Assembly (NCBI GenBank): GCA_001643675.2
Contig: LSRY02000019.1
Span: 496,001 to 560,000 of the forward strand
Reading direction: 5' to 3'
Length of the DNA stretch: 64,000 nucleotides
Origin: Monocercomonoides exilis PA203
Lineage: Eukaryota; Protista; Preaxostyla
This document shows, in pieces, positions 35,933 through 49,900 of the stretch. The position numbers and the translations under genes were made by a program. The notes under the pieces are model-generated. The model worked only from the letters and a program-made list of their open reading frames with translations. It was not told the DNA's origin and ran no database searches. Positions within the stretch are counted from its first letter, which is position 1; each line of letters opens with the position of its first letter.

Positions 35933-36757
35933 GTGAGGTGGAGTAGAAAAAGGAAAAAGGGGAGAAAGAAAGAGAAAGAAAGAAAGAGATGGAGAAATGA
36001 GTTTTTAATTTTTAAAAAAAGACAATTATTGAAAGTTAGTGAAGTGTGTGTGTGTATGAAAGAATTTCTTCATTTTTTGAATTCAACTTGTTGAAATTGA
36101 AACTTTCAATAATTCGTTAACTTCATTTCAATCTTATTCATTTCGAGTTTTCTTTTTTAAAACGTATTACTTTTGTATGTATGTGCGCAATTTATTTTAA
36201 TTTTTTATCTCTTTCCAGTGCTCCTTAAATCATGTTTTTTTTTATAATTATTAAACACATCATTTTTTTTATTAATTTTGAAGTTATTACGTAATTTTTC
36301 TGAAAAGTTATTGTCTATTTCCATTGCATCTTCGCAGCTTATTCGTAAGTTATATTCCATTTTAGCTTTTGTTGTAGATTATTAACCAAATTCTCTTTTT
36401 TTGCTTTTTCCATTTTTAATTTTATTGAAGTTGAATTGAAGTCTTGTTTGCAGATTAAAAAGTATTTTTTTTTTTTTTTTATTGTTGTTGTCATTCTTGA
36501 AGCCATGCTGAAAATTCCATTCAACAATATTACTGCACAACAAACACTATCATTGAATTTTTAAGTGAAAAAAGTTTTTTGAGCATTATTTTGTAAAAGG
36601 TGTACATTCACCGTTCAAAGATAAAGTCGAATGTGAAAATACAAACTTCAAAAGCATCATTTGGAAATTTTTTTCCATGCTTATGTAGTTATTTTGTTTT
36701 TATGGATGAACAAATCCGAGAAATTATTATTTTTGACCCATTTATGGATTTATTTTG

Positions 36758-39700
36758 ATGTCAAACAGGCCTGAACTCGCTGATGAATTGAATTATCTTG
36801 TTTACAGATATCTAGTCGAAAATGGTTTATTTTTAAGCAAGTGGCCATGTTAGCGTTATCCTAAAACTATTTTTCTTTTTTGTGAAATATTAGGATTTGC
36901 TCATTCTGCATTTACTTTTGCAAATGAGTCTATGGTCCTCTCAGCAAATCTTGAAAATGCAGACGTGCCAGCAGGGCATATGGCAAATTTAATATTGAAG
37001 GGGCTACATTTCACTGAAATAGAAACACACATTAAAGAAGTTTTTCTTTTATTTTTTCAATCATTATTTATATTTTGATTCTATGATGATGAAATTTTAA
37101 GGACGGAACAGAAGTTCGATGTTCTGAACCTTTTAGATTAACAGAGAAGCATGTATGCAAGGTGATTTGCGCATCTGATGATGAAAGAGAAAATGAAAGG
37201 TCAATGATCCCAAATGTGATTTCTGCTTTTCAAAATGTTTGCTGTCTTCTTTCGCCTTCATCGCAAAGTGTGTCATCTCAAGACTTAGAAGAAATAAAGA
37301 ATGAAAATCCTCCTGTATCGATGATGGCACTTGCTGGCCCAACTATCATTCGTCAGAGAATAGTACGATTTGGAGATGCGGGGCCTGATGGACTGTTTTG
37401 TATTTGGAATCCAATTGAGCAAGGAATAATAGCAAATGGTTCTTTAACAGGGTTACTCCAATTTGTAAATGCAACAGACGTTTTTGCGCAAAAATCTGGA
37501 AGAGCTTGTTTATGTCAAGGACTTTCGCAATTAAATGATTCTGAGGCTGCAGTCGGTGCATTTCCTATTGCAGATTCTCAATTCTTTCAAAAATCACAGT
37601 CAGATCGCACAAATGGCATTACAAGTGATGATTATTCATTTGGATCTGGATTAGAGAAGGAATCAAAAATGAGAGTACTGTCTGGTGGGGAGTGGAGTCA
37701 CAATGGCCAATATTTTGCTGCAGTGGGATTTAATGGCTGTAGCACTGTGTATGACATAAGTATGATCCTATATTAAGAAATTATTGATTTTATAAGAATT
37801 TCAATAGAAGCTCAACAATCTTAAATATATAAGAGTGTTAATAAAATGAACTTCAATTTTTTATTTTTGTTTCATTTTTGACATAGCATTTTTAATGTAT
37901 TCGCATTCAATTTTTTTTCTCTTTTCACTTATTTTTGTTTTGAAAACATTTTTTATTTTTGTTTTAAACATATTGTCAATTATTAGAAAATAAGACCAGC
38001 TTCTCTTTGGCTTCAATGTCTTTCCCAGTTGTCATCGTTCGATGGAGCCCATCCGATCTTCATTTGTTGATTGTTACATCTGATTCACTTTGTACTGTAT
38101 ATTCCTTTGATCCTTCCTCAGCGTCCGCACACAATCACACTCTTTCAACTCAAAAATCATCAGAAACTTCTCTTTCTGATTCAGCAATTGGTCAACCACT
38201 TTCTTCTTCATCATCATCGTTGTCAACTTCGTTATCTTCATCATCCTTATCGTCATCATCTTCATCATCATCATCATCATCTTCTTCTTCTTCTTTGAAT
38301 CCTTCTGCAACATCTTCCACACCTTCAGCGTTATCCTCCTCCTCTTCCATCTCTTCGGTTACTGCAACCACAGAACCATCCTTATTACCTCCTGCAATTT
38401 CCAATACAACCGCAATTTATCCTCTTTCAACCCCTTCAGTTAAACCTGAAGATGAAATGATCACATCTTCCAACCCTTCCTTGTCGTGTCTTTCGTCTCC
38501 TGAGCCAAGCACATCTGTCATTGACCTCACTGCCAGCTCAGATATCGAATCCTCTCCTGAGATTTCTTCTCAGCCAATGCTATCTTCCCCACTGTCGTTC
38601 CAATCGCAAGATCGAATGGAACCGTCTGCCACCCCTTTGGTCTCATCTCCACTCACTTCTCATCCGTCTCCTGCTTCGAACTCTTCTTCAGTCATTCCGG
38701 CAAAGCAGCTGCCGCTTGTGCACTGCACTCATTTCAGCACGGACAGCTTTTCGCTTTCAACAGACCGAGTCGCCGTCATCCAGCACTTCAGGATCACTTC
38801 GTCTTATTCCTTTTTGTCTTCTTCATATTTTTCAGTATCCTCCTCCTCCTCGGCATCATCATCGTCGTCCTCTCCTTCTCTTTCTTCTCCTGCTTCTGCT
38901 TCTTCCACAATCAATACATCTGTCATCCTCGACGCAGACTGGCGTGACGACTACTCGTTTGTCACGGCGTCGTCTGACTCTGTTGTTGCGCTGTGGCAGC
39001 TCGGCAGCACGCAGCCTCTTCAGCTTATGAATGCCCACAACGCATCAGTGAACATGTGCCAGTACAACTCTGACAGAACTTTGCTAGCCACATGCGGTGC
39101 TGATAGGAAAGTGGTTGTGTGGAAAAACGACCTCCCGCAGTCAACTGGGCTGTGTGAGGAGAGGTCAAAGGAAGCTGTGGATCCAAATGCAATGATTGAA
39201 ATTACAGATGCAAAAAATGAAAGTGAAGAAGCTGAATCCGAGAAGAAACGCCGGATATTGTCAACTTCCTCAACCCCTGCATCTTCAGATACAAGTTTGT
39301 CTGGAGTTCAAATTAATCCCATTTTCAATGGAACAGATCAAACACGGCAGGTAGCAAGGACGCAGTGGCATTCCCAGGCAACCCCTGTTGCAGTGATTGC
39401 GCAGGAATTTCCTGTTTCACTCATCAAATGGGTTCCGTTTGTGATCGGCGAAAAGGAGTTAAGTCAAAAGCAGCTGCTTCTGACTGCGGTTGAAGATTCA
39501 TCGATGGCTTTGTGGGATCCTCAATCGGAGACAAAAATAGAGTCATTAACAGCTCATCGGTATGCGATGTTCATGATAGCTTTCAAACGGAAAATTGCTT
39601 TATTTTAATTTTATTTTTTTTGGAAATTTTATTTTTTATATTCTTTAATCATTCGAATTGAATTTGTTCTTTATCGAATTTTATTTAAAAAAAAACTTTT

Positions 39701-40033
39701 TGCTTTTAGCGAACCATGCATTGTCTGTTCATATACAAAAGATGGGAAGTATCTGGCTACTGGCTCAACAGATGGTGCAATTCATATCTGGTCCATACAG
39801 GTTTGCTTTCAATATTCAATTTTCAACTGTTTCAAACATAAATTTTTTGATTTTTCTTTTTGAATCAAAAATAAATGTATAATGCATATTATTAATTGTA
39901 GAATGGAATGCATATTCTATCCATTCCTCTTTCCAGTGCAGTTATAAGTCTTGACTTTTCTCCTCATGACTATGTTTTAGCAGCCACCACAAAGAAATCG
40001 AAACTTATCTTGATAGATCTTCGGGGGCTGTAG
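36758..40033 (+). CDS. LisH + WD40 protein, TBL1/Sif2-like, multi-exon
   Basis: N-terminus [23 protein letters not shown]; WD repeats (ILDADW, LATCGAD, LATGSTDG). Confidence 0.85.
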
Positions 40034-40382
40034 TCAAATGGTTTTTTGTTGTATCTCCCTTTTTATTGGTAGTAGTTCTTTTATGTTCAATGAAATATTT
40101 CGCTCATAGAATTCTTCTTTTAACACATGAATTTCATATAATTTTTTTTTAATCTCCTTGTTTTGCATTACGCAATGAAAAAAACACTGTTTTTAAAAAT
40201 ATGTGTATAAAGTGCTAAATCCTTTTAAATAAAAAAACAAATCATTTTTATAATATTTTTATAATATTTCATTAAGTTTTGAAGAGTGTCATGCTTTTGT
40301 GTTTAAAATCAGTCATTTATTTAAGACTCTCAATGGCTTTACCAAAACGCATTATAAAATTAAGAAAAATGAAGCAAAATAT

Positions 40383-41026
40383 TTAGTGCTTATTTGTGTA
40401 ATAGTAATATCCCCCTGCTGCTGCTGCTGCGGCTGCAACAAGTCCGAGACCAATGTACAAGAACTTCATGCTCTTTCCCTTCTTTCCTTTGTCGATTTTC
40501 TTGGATCCGGCTGAAGTACGTGTTGGTGCAGGGCTTTTTGTTGGTTTTCTAGTGGCAGCTTTGTTTGGAGTTGGAGATTGTGACACCGAGGACTTTCTTG
40601 GTGTTTTTGGGGTTGCTAAAATTTTATGAATATTTCAATTTGGCCAATATAAAACAATAATCGCAATATTATTTCGAATAAAACAAATTTTAGAATTATA
40701 TAAAAGATTCTGAAGCTATTCAAACATGGAGCTGGGGATTTTGATGTTGGTTTCTTTTGTGGTGTTCTCTCGATGGCGGCAGTGGCTAAATTTGGTTAAA
40801 TTAAAATAAAATAGTTTGGAAATGTGACAAATAAATTGCGAATATAATAAAATTCTCTTAAAATCGCAATGATTTCAAAATAGGAGTAAACTGGCTCTTC
40901 TTTTAGTTTCCTCGACTTCACTTAAATTGTAAGATAGGATCGCGATAATCACCAATAGGAATTTGATGTTTAACGAATAATATCACAAATAAATAACGTA
41001 GCAAACGTTTGGCGTGATTGACTCAT
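40383..41026 (-). CDS. Small Lys/Pro/Thr-rich tail-anchored protein, multi-exon
   Basis: Last exon ends KKGKSMKFLYIGLGLVAAAAAAAGGYYYYTNKH*; short upstream exons with AG acceptors. Confidence 0.6.
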
Positions 41027-41435
41027 TCTGACTAAATTCCCAAAAGTTTATTTAACTTCAATGGGAAATGATCGCAATAATAATATCATGGGTCACAGAT
41101 TAGTTTGAGCTTTCAATAAAATTATTAACATTGTTATAATTGTTCAAAAAACAATAGTCAGTCAATTAATTTTCAAATGATCAGATGGCAAATTCTCCTT
41201 TATTACAAGTTATATGAAAATAAATAATATGATAAATACAAACAATCAAACAGTGAAAAGAAATAAATTAATGAGGTGACATAATTTAATGATGAAATGC
41301 AACTTTTTTCCAATATTCAACCAACTACACAATTTGCGAGAAGAGAAGCATTATGGAAATTATTTGCCTAAAGCACAATTAACACCCTCACAATTTCAAA
41401 AAAATGGGTTCTACTTTCAAAAAATATAATACAAG

Positions 41436-44400
41436 TTAACTCTGTCCTTTTCCTGCCACGCCGATGCTCTTCATCGAAGCCGCCAAGTTTGTGAATGTGT
41501 GTGTGATCGACGGGGCTCCCAGTGACGGTGCAGCAGACGCCGGAATAGCGCCAATCTGCCCGACTTCCCCAAACACCCCGTCCACCCGCATCCGCTTCAT
41601 GTTGTTCATCTTCATCACTTCCTCTGCCATCTGCAGCTGCCTCCTCCTGCTTCTTTCGCGCTCTTCTTCCATCTCTTCTTCTTCATCCAGGTCGTTTCCT
41701 GGGTTGTGCAGCAGCAGCTTCTCAATATCGCTCGACTCCTCCGAGTCCTCTTCATTCAGACTCGATGAATCTCCTTTCATTTCCGCTTTGCTCCTTCCCA
41801 AACTTTCACTAAGGAGCCTCTTCATCGGCCTGAACCCACTCATCGTCTGCCCCATTCCCGTTGCTCCTTCAAGTCCATTGGCTTTGCGGTACTGCGCTGC
41901 CAATGAAGCTGAAATTGCATTGGAAGTTTGCTGCTTCTGTTGCATTTGCTGCTGCATTTGCTGCTCTTTTGAGTTCAAATGATAGGAAAGTGGAGGATGT
42001 GACTGCGGAATGGCAAAGCTGCTACCCCCCGTTGACGACATCGACCGCTCAATGTCCATCTTCATTGAAGAGTCCAAAGAAAGAGACGAGGAAAGCGAAG
42101 ATGGAGGAGACTGATGTGAAGAAGAGGAAGGCGAAGAAGACGAGGAAGAAGAAGAGCCAAAGCGATCGCTTCCATCTTGTTGTGAGTCGAGCACAATGTC
42201 CATCTTCTGTGGCTGATACGTGGCCTCCAGCAAAGACGACTGAAACAGATCTCCTTCCAATGAAGGAGAGACAATAGAAGGCGATAGCGGGGAAGGAGAA
42301 TTAGGTGAAATCGGAGAAATAGGAGAGTTCGGAGAAATAGCAGAAGGAGGAGCCGTTCGTCCAGAAGGCGCAGATGTAGCAGCATCCGCAGCCTGTACGC
42401 CAATTGCTCCTTGTTTTGCCTTCTGGTCGAGCTCCAGTTGGAGTTTCTTTTGGAACTCGATCTGTTGCTGGAGGAGCATCTGCTGCTGGATGCGGTGCTG
42501 CTCGAAGGCGCTGAGTCCTGCCAGCTGCGGCGGGAGCGGCTGCTGTAAAAGCATCTGCTGGTGGAGGATGGCATCAGAGGAGAGCTGGAGAGGGGGTGAG
42601 GCCGGAGACGAAAGCGGTGGTGTGATGGCGGGGGTAGGCAAAGGAGGCGTCGCAGTGGGTGAGGTGGGGCGCGACATTGAAGAGGGGGAGTGCGAGCGGT
42701 CGATGGCTGCTTGTGAGAAAATCCCGCTTTCTGTGTATTCACTGGGTGGTTGATTTGATGAGGGAGTACTTGAATTGTATGAAGTGAAAGGAGCATTTGA
42801 GGAAGAAGAGGAGGAAGAAGAAGACGATGATGATGGAATTGATGACATGTAGTTCGAAGCAGCTGTCCTATCGTCGATGCCGGCAATGCTGTTCATCCGG
42901 CCGATACTGTCCTGCCTTGGCGGGTTCCTTTCAAACACCACGCCGTCCCCTTCCCCTTGCTTCACCCACGCAGACTCCACACAGTCCTCTGCTGTCAGCC
43001 GCTGCCGCGCATCCACACGCAGCAGCCCTTTCATCAGGTTCTTCGCGTCTTCCGACACGTCCTTCCAGATCTCCTCCACCCACACATACCGCCCGCGCCC
43101 AATTTGCTCCGCCAGTGGCAGCCCGCCGCGCATCTCGACCTCTGCAGAGAAAGGAGGGTATCCGCTCAGCATGATGAAGAGGATCACCCCCAAAGACCAC
43201 ATGTCTATCTGCTTTGTGCAGTGCGCCCTGTCAAAAAGCATCTCCGGCGCGATGTACTCCCTCGTCCCGCACAGCGTCGCAATGAACGTGCCTTGCCCCA
43301 CAATGCGGGACACCCCGAAGTCTGTGATCTTCACTGGAGACGCCTGGGACGAGTCGACTAGAAGAATGTTTTCGGGCTTCAAGTCCCGGTGGACGATGCC
43401 TCGCCGGTGGAGATAGTGCACAGCAGACAAAATCTGCCGGAAGTAGAATCTTGCAAGCGTTTCGGGGAGTCGGCCTTTCGAAACCACATCGAAGAGCTCT
43501 CCTCCAGACACGCTGTAAGAATTTCACACAATTAAATATAATCCATTGTTGTTTGTTTGTTTTTAAAAAAATTAAGTAACGCATTCATCTAAAGGTTAAA
43601 TTGATATAAAATGTTACATACTATTCCATAATGATATAGTTGTATTGCGACCCTTCAAAGCCATCAAACACTCGCACAATGTGTGGATGGTTCACATTCT
43701 TCATGATTGTAAATTCATCTAAAATAGATGTTTGACGATGCGGATTTGTTGAAGATGCTGCTTTCTTTTTATCTATCATTTTCACTGCAACTTTCGTTCG
43801 AGATGCCTTATGCACTCCTAAATATACAACACCAAAATTTCCCGAGCCAAGTGAATTTTTCAAATCGTACTCTTGCTCTAGCTTGTGGTCACCTGGATGA
43901 ACTTGTGATTGAGGTGCAACTGTAGGCTTTGCATAATAGATAAAAAAATATTCCAAAGGAAATTCTATTCAAAAAAAGAATATAAAATCCACTTCAAAAA
44001 CTTCTTTAAAATGTTCAAACGTTCTTTTTTCTGAATGGAAGGTGATAAAAGTCCAATGATATCTCCTTCTCGTAAAATAAGTCGTTGATTTTTTCCTATC
44101 TATGAATTTTTAAAAAAAAAATTAAGTCGTGAACTTTTTACAAAAGAATATGAAATAAATTTTCACCTTTTTCTTATTAAGGTATGTGCCATTTGTACTT
44201 ATTGTAAATGGAAATTTTTTCTTGTTAACAAAATACAACAAATGAAAAAAGTTACCTCAGATCCTCTATAAAGGCAATTTCGCCTGTGCTGCCATTTGCC
44301 TGTAAATAAAGTCGACAATGCCTTGAACTAATTCTTGGGTCATCAATGGTAATGTTGCATGTTTTATGTCTTCCAATCAGAATTTCTCTCTCTTCAATTT

Positions 44401-44569
44401 CATAATTCTTCAATTTTGGATGACTTGTTCTAAGAGCTCCCCATGCAGTTCTTCGAACGGGAGTCGTTATGATTTCATCGTCCATAATTTGCGTAGATGT
44501 AAAGCAAGTCATATCTTGTCCATCCATAAGGCTGCCAGATTCACACAAATATGATAAAGGGATAAACAT
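41436..44569 (-). CDS. FHA-domain Ser/Thr kinase, CHK2/Rad53-like, multi-exon
   Basis: FHA: IGRH...RISSRHC...STNGTYLN. Kinase: LGSGNFG, VAVK, HRDLKPEN, DFG, YIAPE. Confidence 0.92.
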
Positions 44570-44653
44570 TATCGAGTCTTAAAACTTATTGATATTTTGG
44601 GTTTCAAAAGATGATAAATTAAACAATTTTAGATATTACGCATTAGAAGAAAA

Positions 44654-45372
44654 ATGTTTTATCCCATACGAAAAGATTATTATGTATGTGGAATATAAAA
44701 AATTAGCTTCTTGGGATGCAACCACGACAAAACCAGGTTATCCTATTAAAAATATTATTGATGATAGTACAGCAACATTTTGGCAGTTTGTATATGCTTT
44801 GTTTATCTTTCCCGAGAGAAATATTGAATGAACATAAAATTATAGGAGTTGCGGTGAACAACCTCACGCGATACAAGCCCGTTTTGATAGGAAAATTTGC
44901 GTATCTGTATGCATATAAGGATTTGTTTTGTCTTTCATTAGAACTTTAAAATATTTTACAATAACGTGAGTTTTTTGATGTGTTCAGTTCTCCGCATGAA
45001 GATGATAATTTCACACCACTTTATGTTTCCCTTAGATACAGAACATTTGGGGGTGAGATGAAATATGTCAAAACGTTTGTGTATTCTCAAGAATGCCAAT
45101 GGCTAAGCTTTCCTTTGTTCGAGGATAAATCAAAGTGTGACATTCGAAATTGTTCATAAAAATAGAAATTGTGATATAAATTTAGGCCGTATGTATGGAC
45201 GGATCTCATTCAATTTGTTATTCATTCAAATCAAGAGGAAGGGATTGACAGTCGAATTCGTCAAGTCTCTATTCGAGGACCTGTTCCGTTTGTTATTTCA
45301 TATTTTTTTTGTTGTTGTTGTTGTTATTGTTCATTTGTTTTTTTTCATTTTACGTTTCTTCGTAGAATCTGA
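44654..45372 (+). CDS. APC10: Anaphase-promoting complex subunit 10 (DOC domain), multi-exon
   Basis: WDATTTKPGY...DDSTATFWQSCGEQPH...DDNFTP...NQEEGIDSRIRQV matches the DOC1 pattern. Confidence 0.78.
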
Positions 45373-46172
45373 TAGTGCATTGCTGGATTTCTATTTTTAT
45401 CATCTTTGTGAAGTGCTTGGATTTTTAAGGTTATAAATCTTTGAAATTTGCAAATTGCAAGAAACAAATAATTTTGTTGTTCGTGCTTTTGCGCGATGAA
45501 TATATGTATTAAAGACAATAATTGAAAATATTTTACTCGATGTGTTTCCCTTGCTAAATATTGTATTTTTTTTATTCTTAAAAATATATCATCCTCAAAT
45601 TTTTCTTATAATTGAATTGTTATTCACTTCGATTGAACTTTTTCTTTCTGTGAATTGAATAATGTCTTTTATCAAAAATAAAATTTTATTTTCATTCATG
45701 AATACCTCAAAACGTCGTTGATTTATATTGTTCAATAATTGGTAAATAGGGTGATTTTTTATTTGAGCATTGTTGATGTTTGCATAACACATTGAATAAT
45801 TGTCAAAAACAAAAAAGCAAACTTCTGCATATGTCTTATCCTTTTTGAAATCATTCTTACGTTCGAGTTTTGATCAAAAGATCAATCTCAAAGGGATTCA
45901 GAAAAAATGAGCAACATTATTCAACACAAACTGTTAATGATTTTGTTATTTAATAGATAAAGTTTTTCAAAAATCCCATTGAGAGTTAGAAAATTTAGTT
46001 CCTGATAAAATATAAGTGGCGGGGGTTTGTAAAATAACTCACCCTAATACAGAAAAAATATATTTGTTTTAAAAATAAAATAAGCTCAAAGTTATGTTGG
46101 ATCATTTATCAATGAAAATAAATTATAAATAAATAAATAAAAATAATTGTTAACAAAGAAAGTTTCATTTCA

Positions 46173-47624
46173 TCAAGCATTTACAAAATAATCTGCTAAA
46201 TTTTTTGATAATTCTTTATATTTTTTGTTTAGAAAAGAAATTTCTCCATAAAGGCTTACAATGCTATCTTCAAATCCTTCTTCTTCCATCTTTTCAAACA
46301 TCTCCATTTTCGTTGCCTTTCTTTTCATTTTCTCGGCTTCGTTATCAGTCTTTTCTTTCAGTCTTCCAGAAATTTTAAAAAAGAAAAACAAGCCATCCTT
46401 TATAATTTCATCATTCAAAGATGATTGTTTCATTTCCCCTGAAAACAGATCGACAATACCTTTCTTCAACGAGACATCGACATCTATAGCTCTTATATCC
46501 GCAATTCTTCTTAAAGATGTAGTGCACCAGCTGCTAACATCTACGCAATTGTCCTTTGCTGCTCGGAATACACTGACGACGCCTCCGAAAAGTCCGGTAA
46601 GTTCCTCGCTCAACAATTTGTATAAATATAAGAAGCATATCAATGTCAGTAGCCATCTCTTGATAACCAGTACTTCCTTCGCTTCTTTTCTTCCCCCCTT
46701 TTCTCCCTCTTCTTTTCCCTTCCAATCTGCACTCCCAGTTAGATCTTTCAGTTCTCTTCTTGCTTCTCTCACAAAATGTAGTTCATTCAAGGCAACATCT
46801 TCCAAATTCTCATCTTTTATTAATCGGTTAATTAAAAACTCCCAAATACACTGATATGCAAGTCGAGTCAAGTTGTGATGCTCCTGGTGATGTTTGATGA
46901 TCTCTTTGAGTTCACTCAAATACAGTTCTTTTGGCACATTCTAATCAGAATTAAAAAAAAACATTTAATCAAAATAAAATAGAAATTCTCAAACGCAAAA
47001 CATGTTAATGCAACTCAACGCCAACAAAGCCACTTCCACTTCTTCCAGAACTTCATCGTTTTTCTCATTCTTCGTGGCAACCTTCAGAAGGCAAGACATA
47101 CAAATCGAAAGCAATTCATCAGGAATGCCTTTGGAAAGCAAAAGATAGCATTCGCAAAGATCAACCAAAAGTATTTCGTGTTTTTCTTCATCTTTTTTCT
47201 TTTCTTCTTCAACAATCATCTTCTCAAATCTTTTGTTCAGAAAAGATTTTTCAAAGCTGTGAATCCATATCTTTTTCAACGTTTTGCAATATCCCATTCG
47301 CTTCAGCAATACAATTACATTTTCCATTGACATTTTCTTTTCTTCAATCATTTTTTGCATTTTATCGAATAGTTCTTTTGTGAAAGCAGATTCGATTTCT
47401 TCTTTACCCATTTTTCCAACAATTCTGTTTACTTCATTTATTTTCTGTTGCTGTTCATCTTCATTGCAATATTCTAGTTCAGAAAATAATTCTTTTATAT
47501 TTATTAATAACGGAAAACGCTGAGCATTCAAAAAAAAATTCAAAATGAACAAACTTGAAAACTTTTCCATTAAAGGCATTTCTTCAATTCTACAAACACT
47601 CTTATCATCCGTAGATGCTTTCAT
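46173..47624 (-). CDS. Helical E/K-rich hypothetical protein (3 exons)
   Basis: Introns 47492-47554 and 46941-46994 restore one continuous frame. Confidence 0.7.
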
Positions 47625-48599
47625 TCTTTTCGTGTATTGTGCTTCACTACTTGTCCTAAAATAGTTTTTTGCCGAAAAAATATATGATAAATACAAACAT
47701 CTTTCTTTTTCTATCGAAAAGAAAAAGAAATAAAGTCAAATTAAATAATTTGTTTTTGCTTAATAAAAAGAAGTAAAAAAAGTTCAACAAAACCACTGCT
47801 TTTGGTTATTGAATGCTAACGACGTAAAAATGTTTTTACTGTGATCCAACCAAAAGTTAATTTGAAGAAGGTATATCTTTGAATAAAACTCATTTTCATT
47901 TAAAGATCATTCGTCAATCGCGGAATTGAATAAATTTCTTGTTCAGAAATTGAGTTTGAACATAGAAAAGGAAACTGACAAACAAAATGAGTGAGTAAAA
48001 GATATTACTCAATTATTCACGAAGGATGAGAGTGAAAACAAAAACGTGTGATGATTGTCCATTTGACACATTATATCAATTGTTGTATTTTTAACTTATT
48101 TGTTAACGGATCTTTAAATTGTGGAGAATGACGAAAGGAAATATATTTCTGAGAATAAACACAAACTGGCTGAACAAAAAAAAAAAGAACATGGAGAACA
48201 TGGAGAATGTGCTTTCAGAGTGGCAGAAGAGCATGATCACAAGCTTTCATGGTTGAATTATCTTTTGTGATGAAGAAGAACATCCTTTGGAGAAAGGGAG
48301 ATTTATTCATAACTAACAGAAAAGATCCAAATCATAAAATTTGGTGAGGCTCCAACATCAAAAGACAATTTCTCATTTCTTTGTTTATTATCGAACATCT
48401 TGTACCGACAAATCCTTATTCTTTTTCCATAAATAAGATTGGAAGAGGAAGTCATAAAAACAACTTTGCCAAGAGATGAACACAAGAAACACATTTTCAT
48501 TGCTACTCATCTGTTCATGCAAGCGTGAATACGATTATTTAAATTAAATATTCTTCTCCAATTCGATTTCTGTTGCATCTGAATGAAGAGAATGAAATA

Positions 48600-49900
48600 T
48601 GTTTTGAATCATTTTCAAAGGGTTTTATAGATATATTGCTATCTTTATGACAGAGTCAAAAGACACTATTTCCATTTTTTTCTAAAAGATTTCAGTCGAA
48701 CGCATCAACTCAGGGAATGATGAGATGGTAATTGGATAGTGGCCTCAATCTTTTTTTCTGTTATGAACATCACTAAATAATGAAATGCCACCTTTGATTC
48801 CTTGTCTTTAATCCAACTTAACGAATTTTACTTTCTCATTCGCATCAATTTCATTTTCATCGTTTCCTTCCTGTTTTCTTCATTTTTTTTTTTTTTTCAT
48901 CAATTCTTTTCCGATTTCGACAAGAAAGGTTGCATATTGCTCTGATAAAAATATGCTCAGTTGTTTTTGGATGGTGCATATAAAATCATTGAATGTACTG
49001 TCTCTGAAGTGGATTCTTCATTGATGACTCTGGAAGAGAGGTTTCCGCGGGATAGTGTCGGTTCTCATTCCATTTCGCTTCATTGCAATTATTATCCTTT
49101 TCCTTTATATCCTCCTCTTCATCACCATAGTCATCTTTTTCTTTTTCGCTCAATCTATCAATAATGAACCTTTTATTTAGTTTCCGCAATAATAATGTAT
49201 CTTTCTGGGGACTTCCACATTCGTCTTTTTTGACATCTCTGTTCATGTTATTCTGCAAATAGAAAGAGAGGTGCATGGGATGTCGAATCCATGTTATGCA
49301 AGGAAATGATTTCCTAAGGATTGGGATGTATGTTGAAAAAACAGCTGAATAAGAAATAGTGTAGTCTTTCATTATTTACTGTTGGAATGGAACAAATCGA
49401 ATCAAGGAGAAGTAACTTTTTCAACTATTCAGCATTCAATTTTTAATTCTCATTTAATCTTCCATTAACTTCCTGATCTTGAATACCTTCTTCATCAGAT
49501 TCATTGATTGAATCAAATTTGTCACTGTTCCTCTTTTGCTCCACAACTCATAAAGAACCTGATGAACTGTTGCTACTCAATTTATTTGTCTTAAAGAAAC
49601 TCAGCTGCCTTTTATGGCTTCATCGGACAATTGCATGCTTTTCTGGTTCGAAAAATTTCCAGGTGATGTGACAAAAAAGATAAATATTTTTCATTCCTCT
49701 TGCGAGAAAGTTCACGGATTCCCTGTACCAATTCTAATATGTTGTTATTATTGCTTTTTCATGTCAATCCATGGCTCATCATCCTTCTTTTCCTTTTCAT
49801 ATTCCACTTTCTACTGCTCCCTTTTTTTCAACAGATAATTCGTCTAATCTGCATCATTATTGAACTGTTTACGATATTGATTACATTCGATGTGATAATA
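48600..49900 (-). pseudogene. Decayed coding sequence, possibly a Mutator-type transposase
   Basis: TISYSA...LRKSFPCITWIRHPMHL weakly resembles the MULE D...FP...CxxH segment. Confidence 0.25.
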
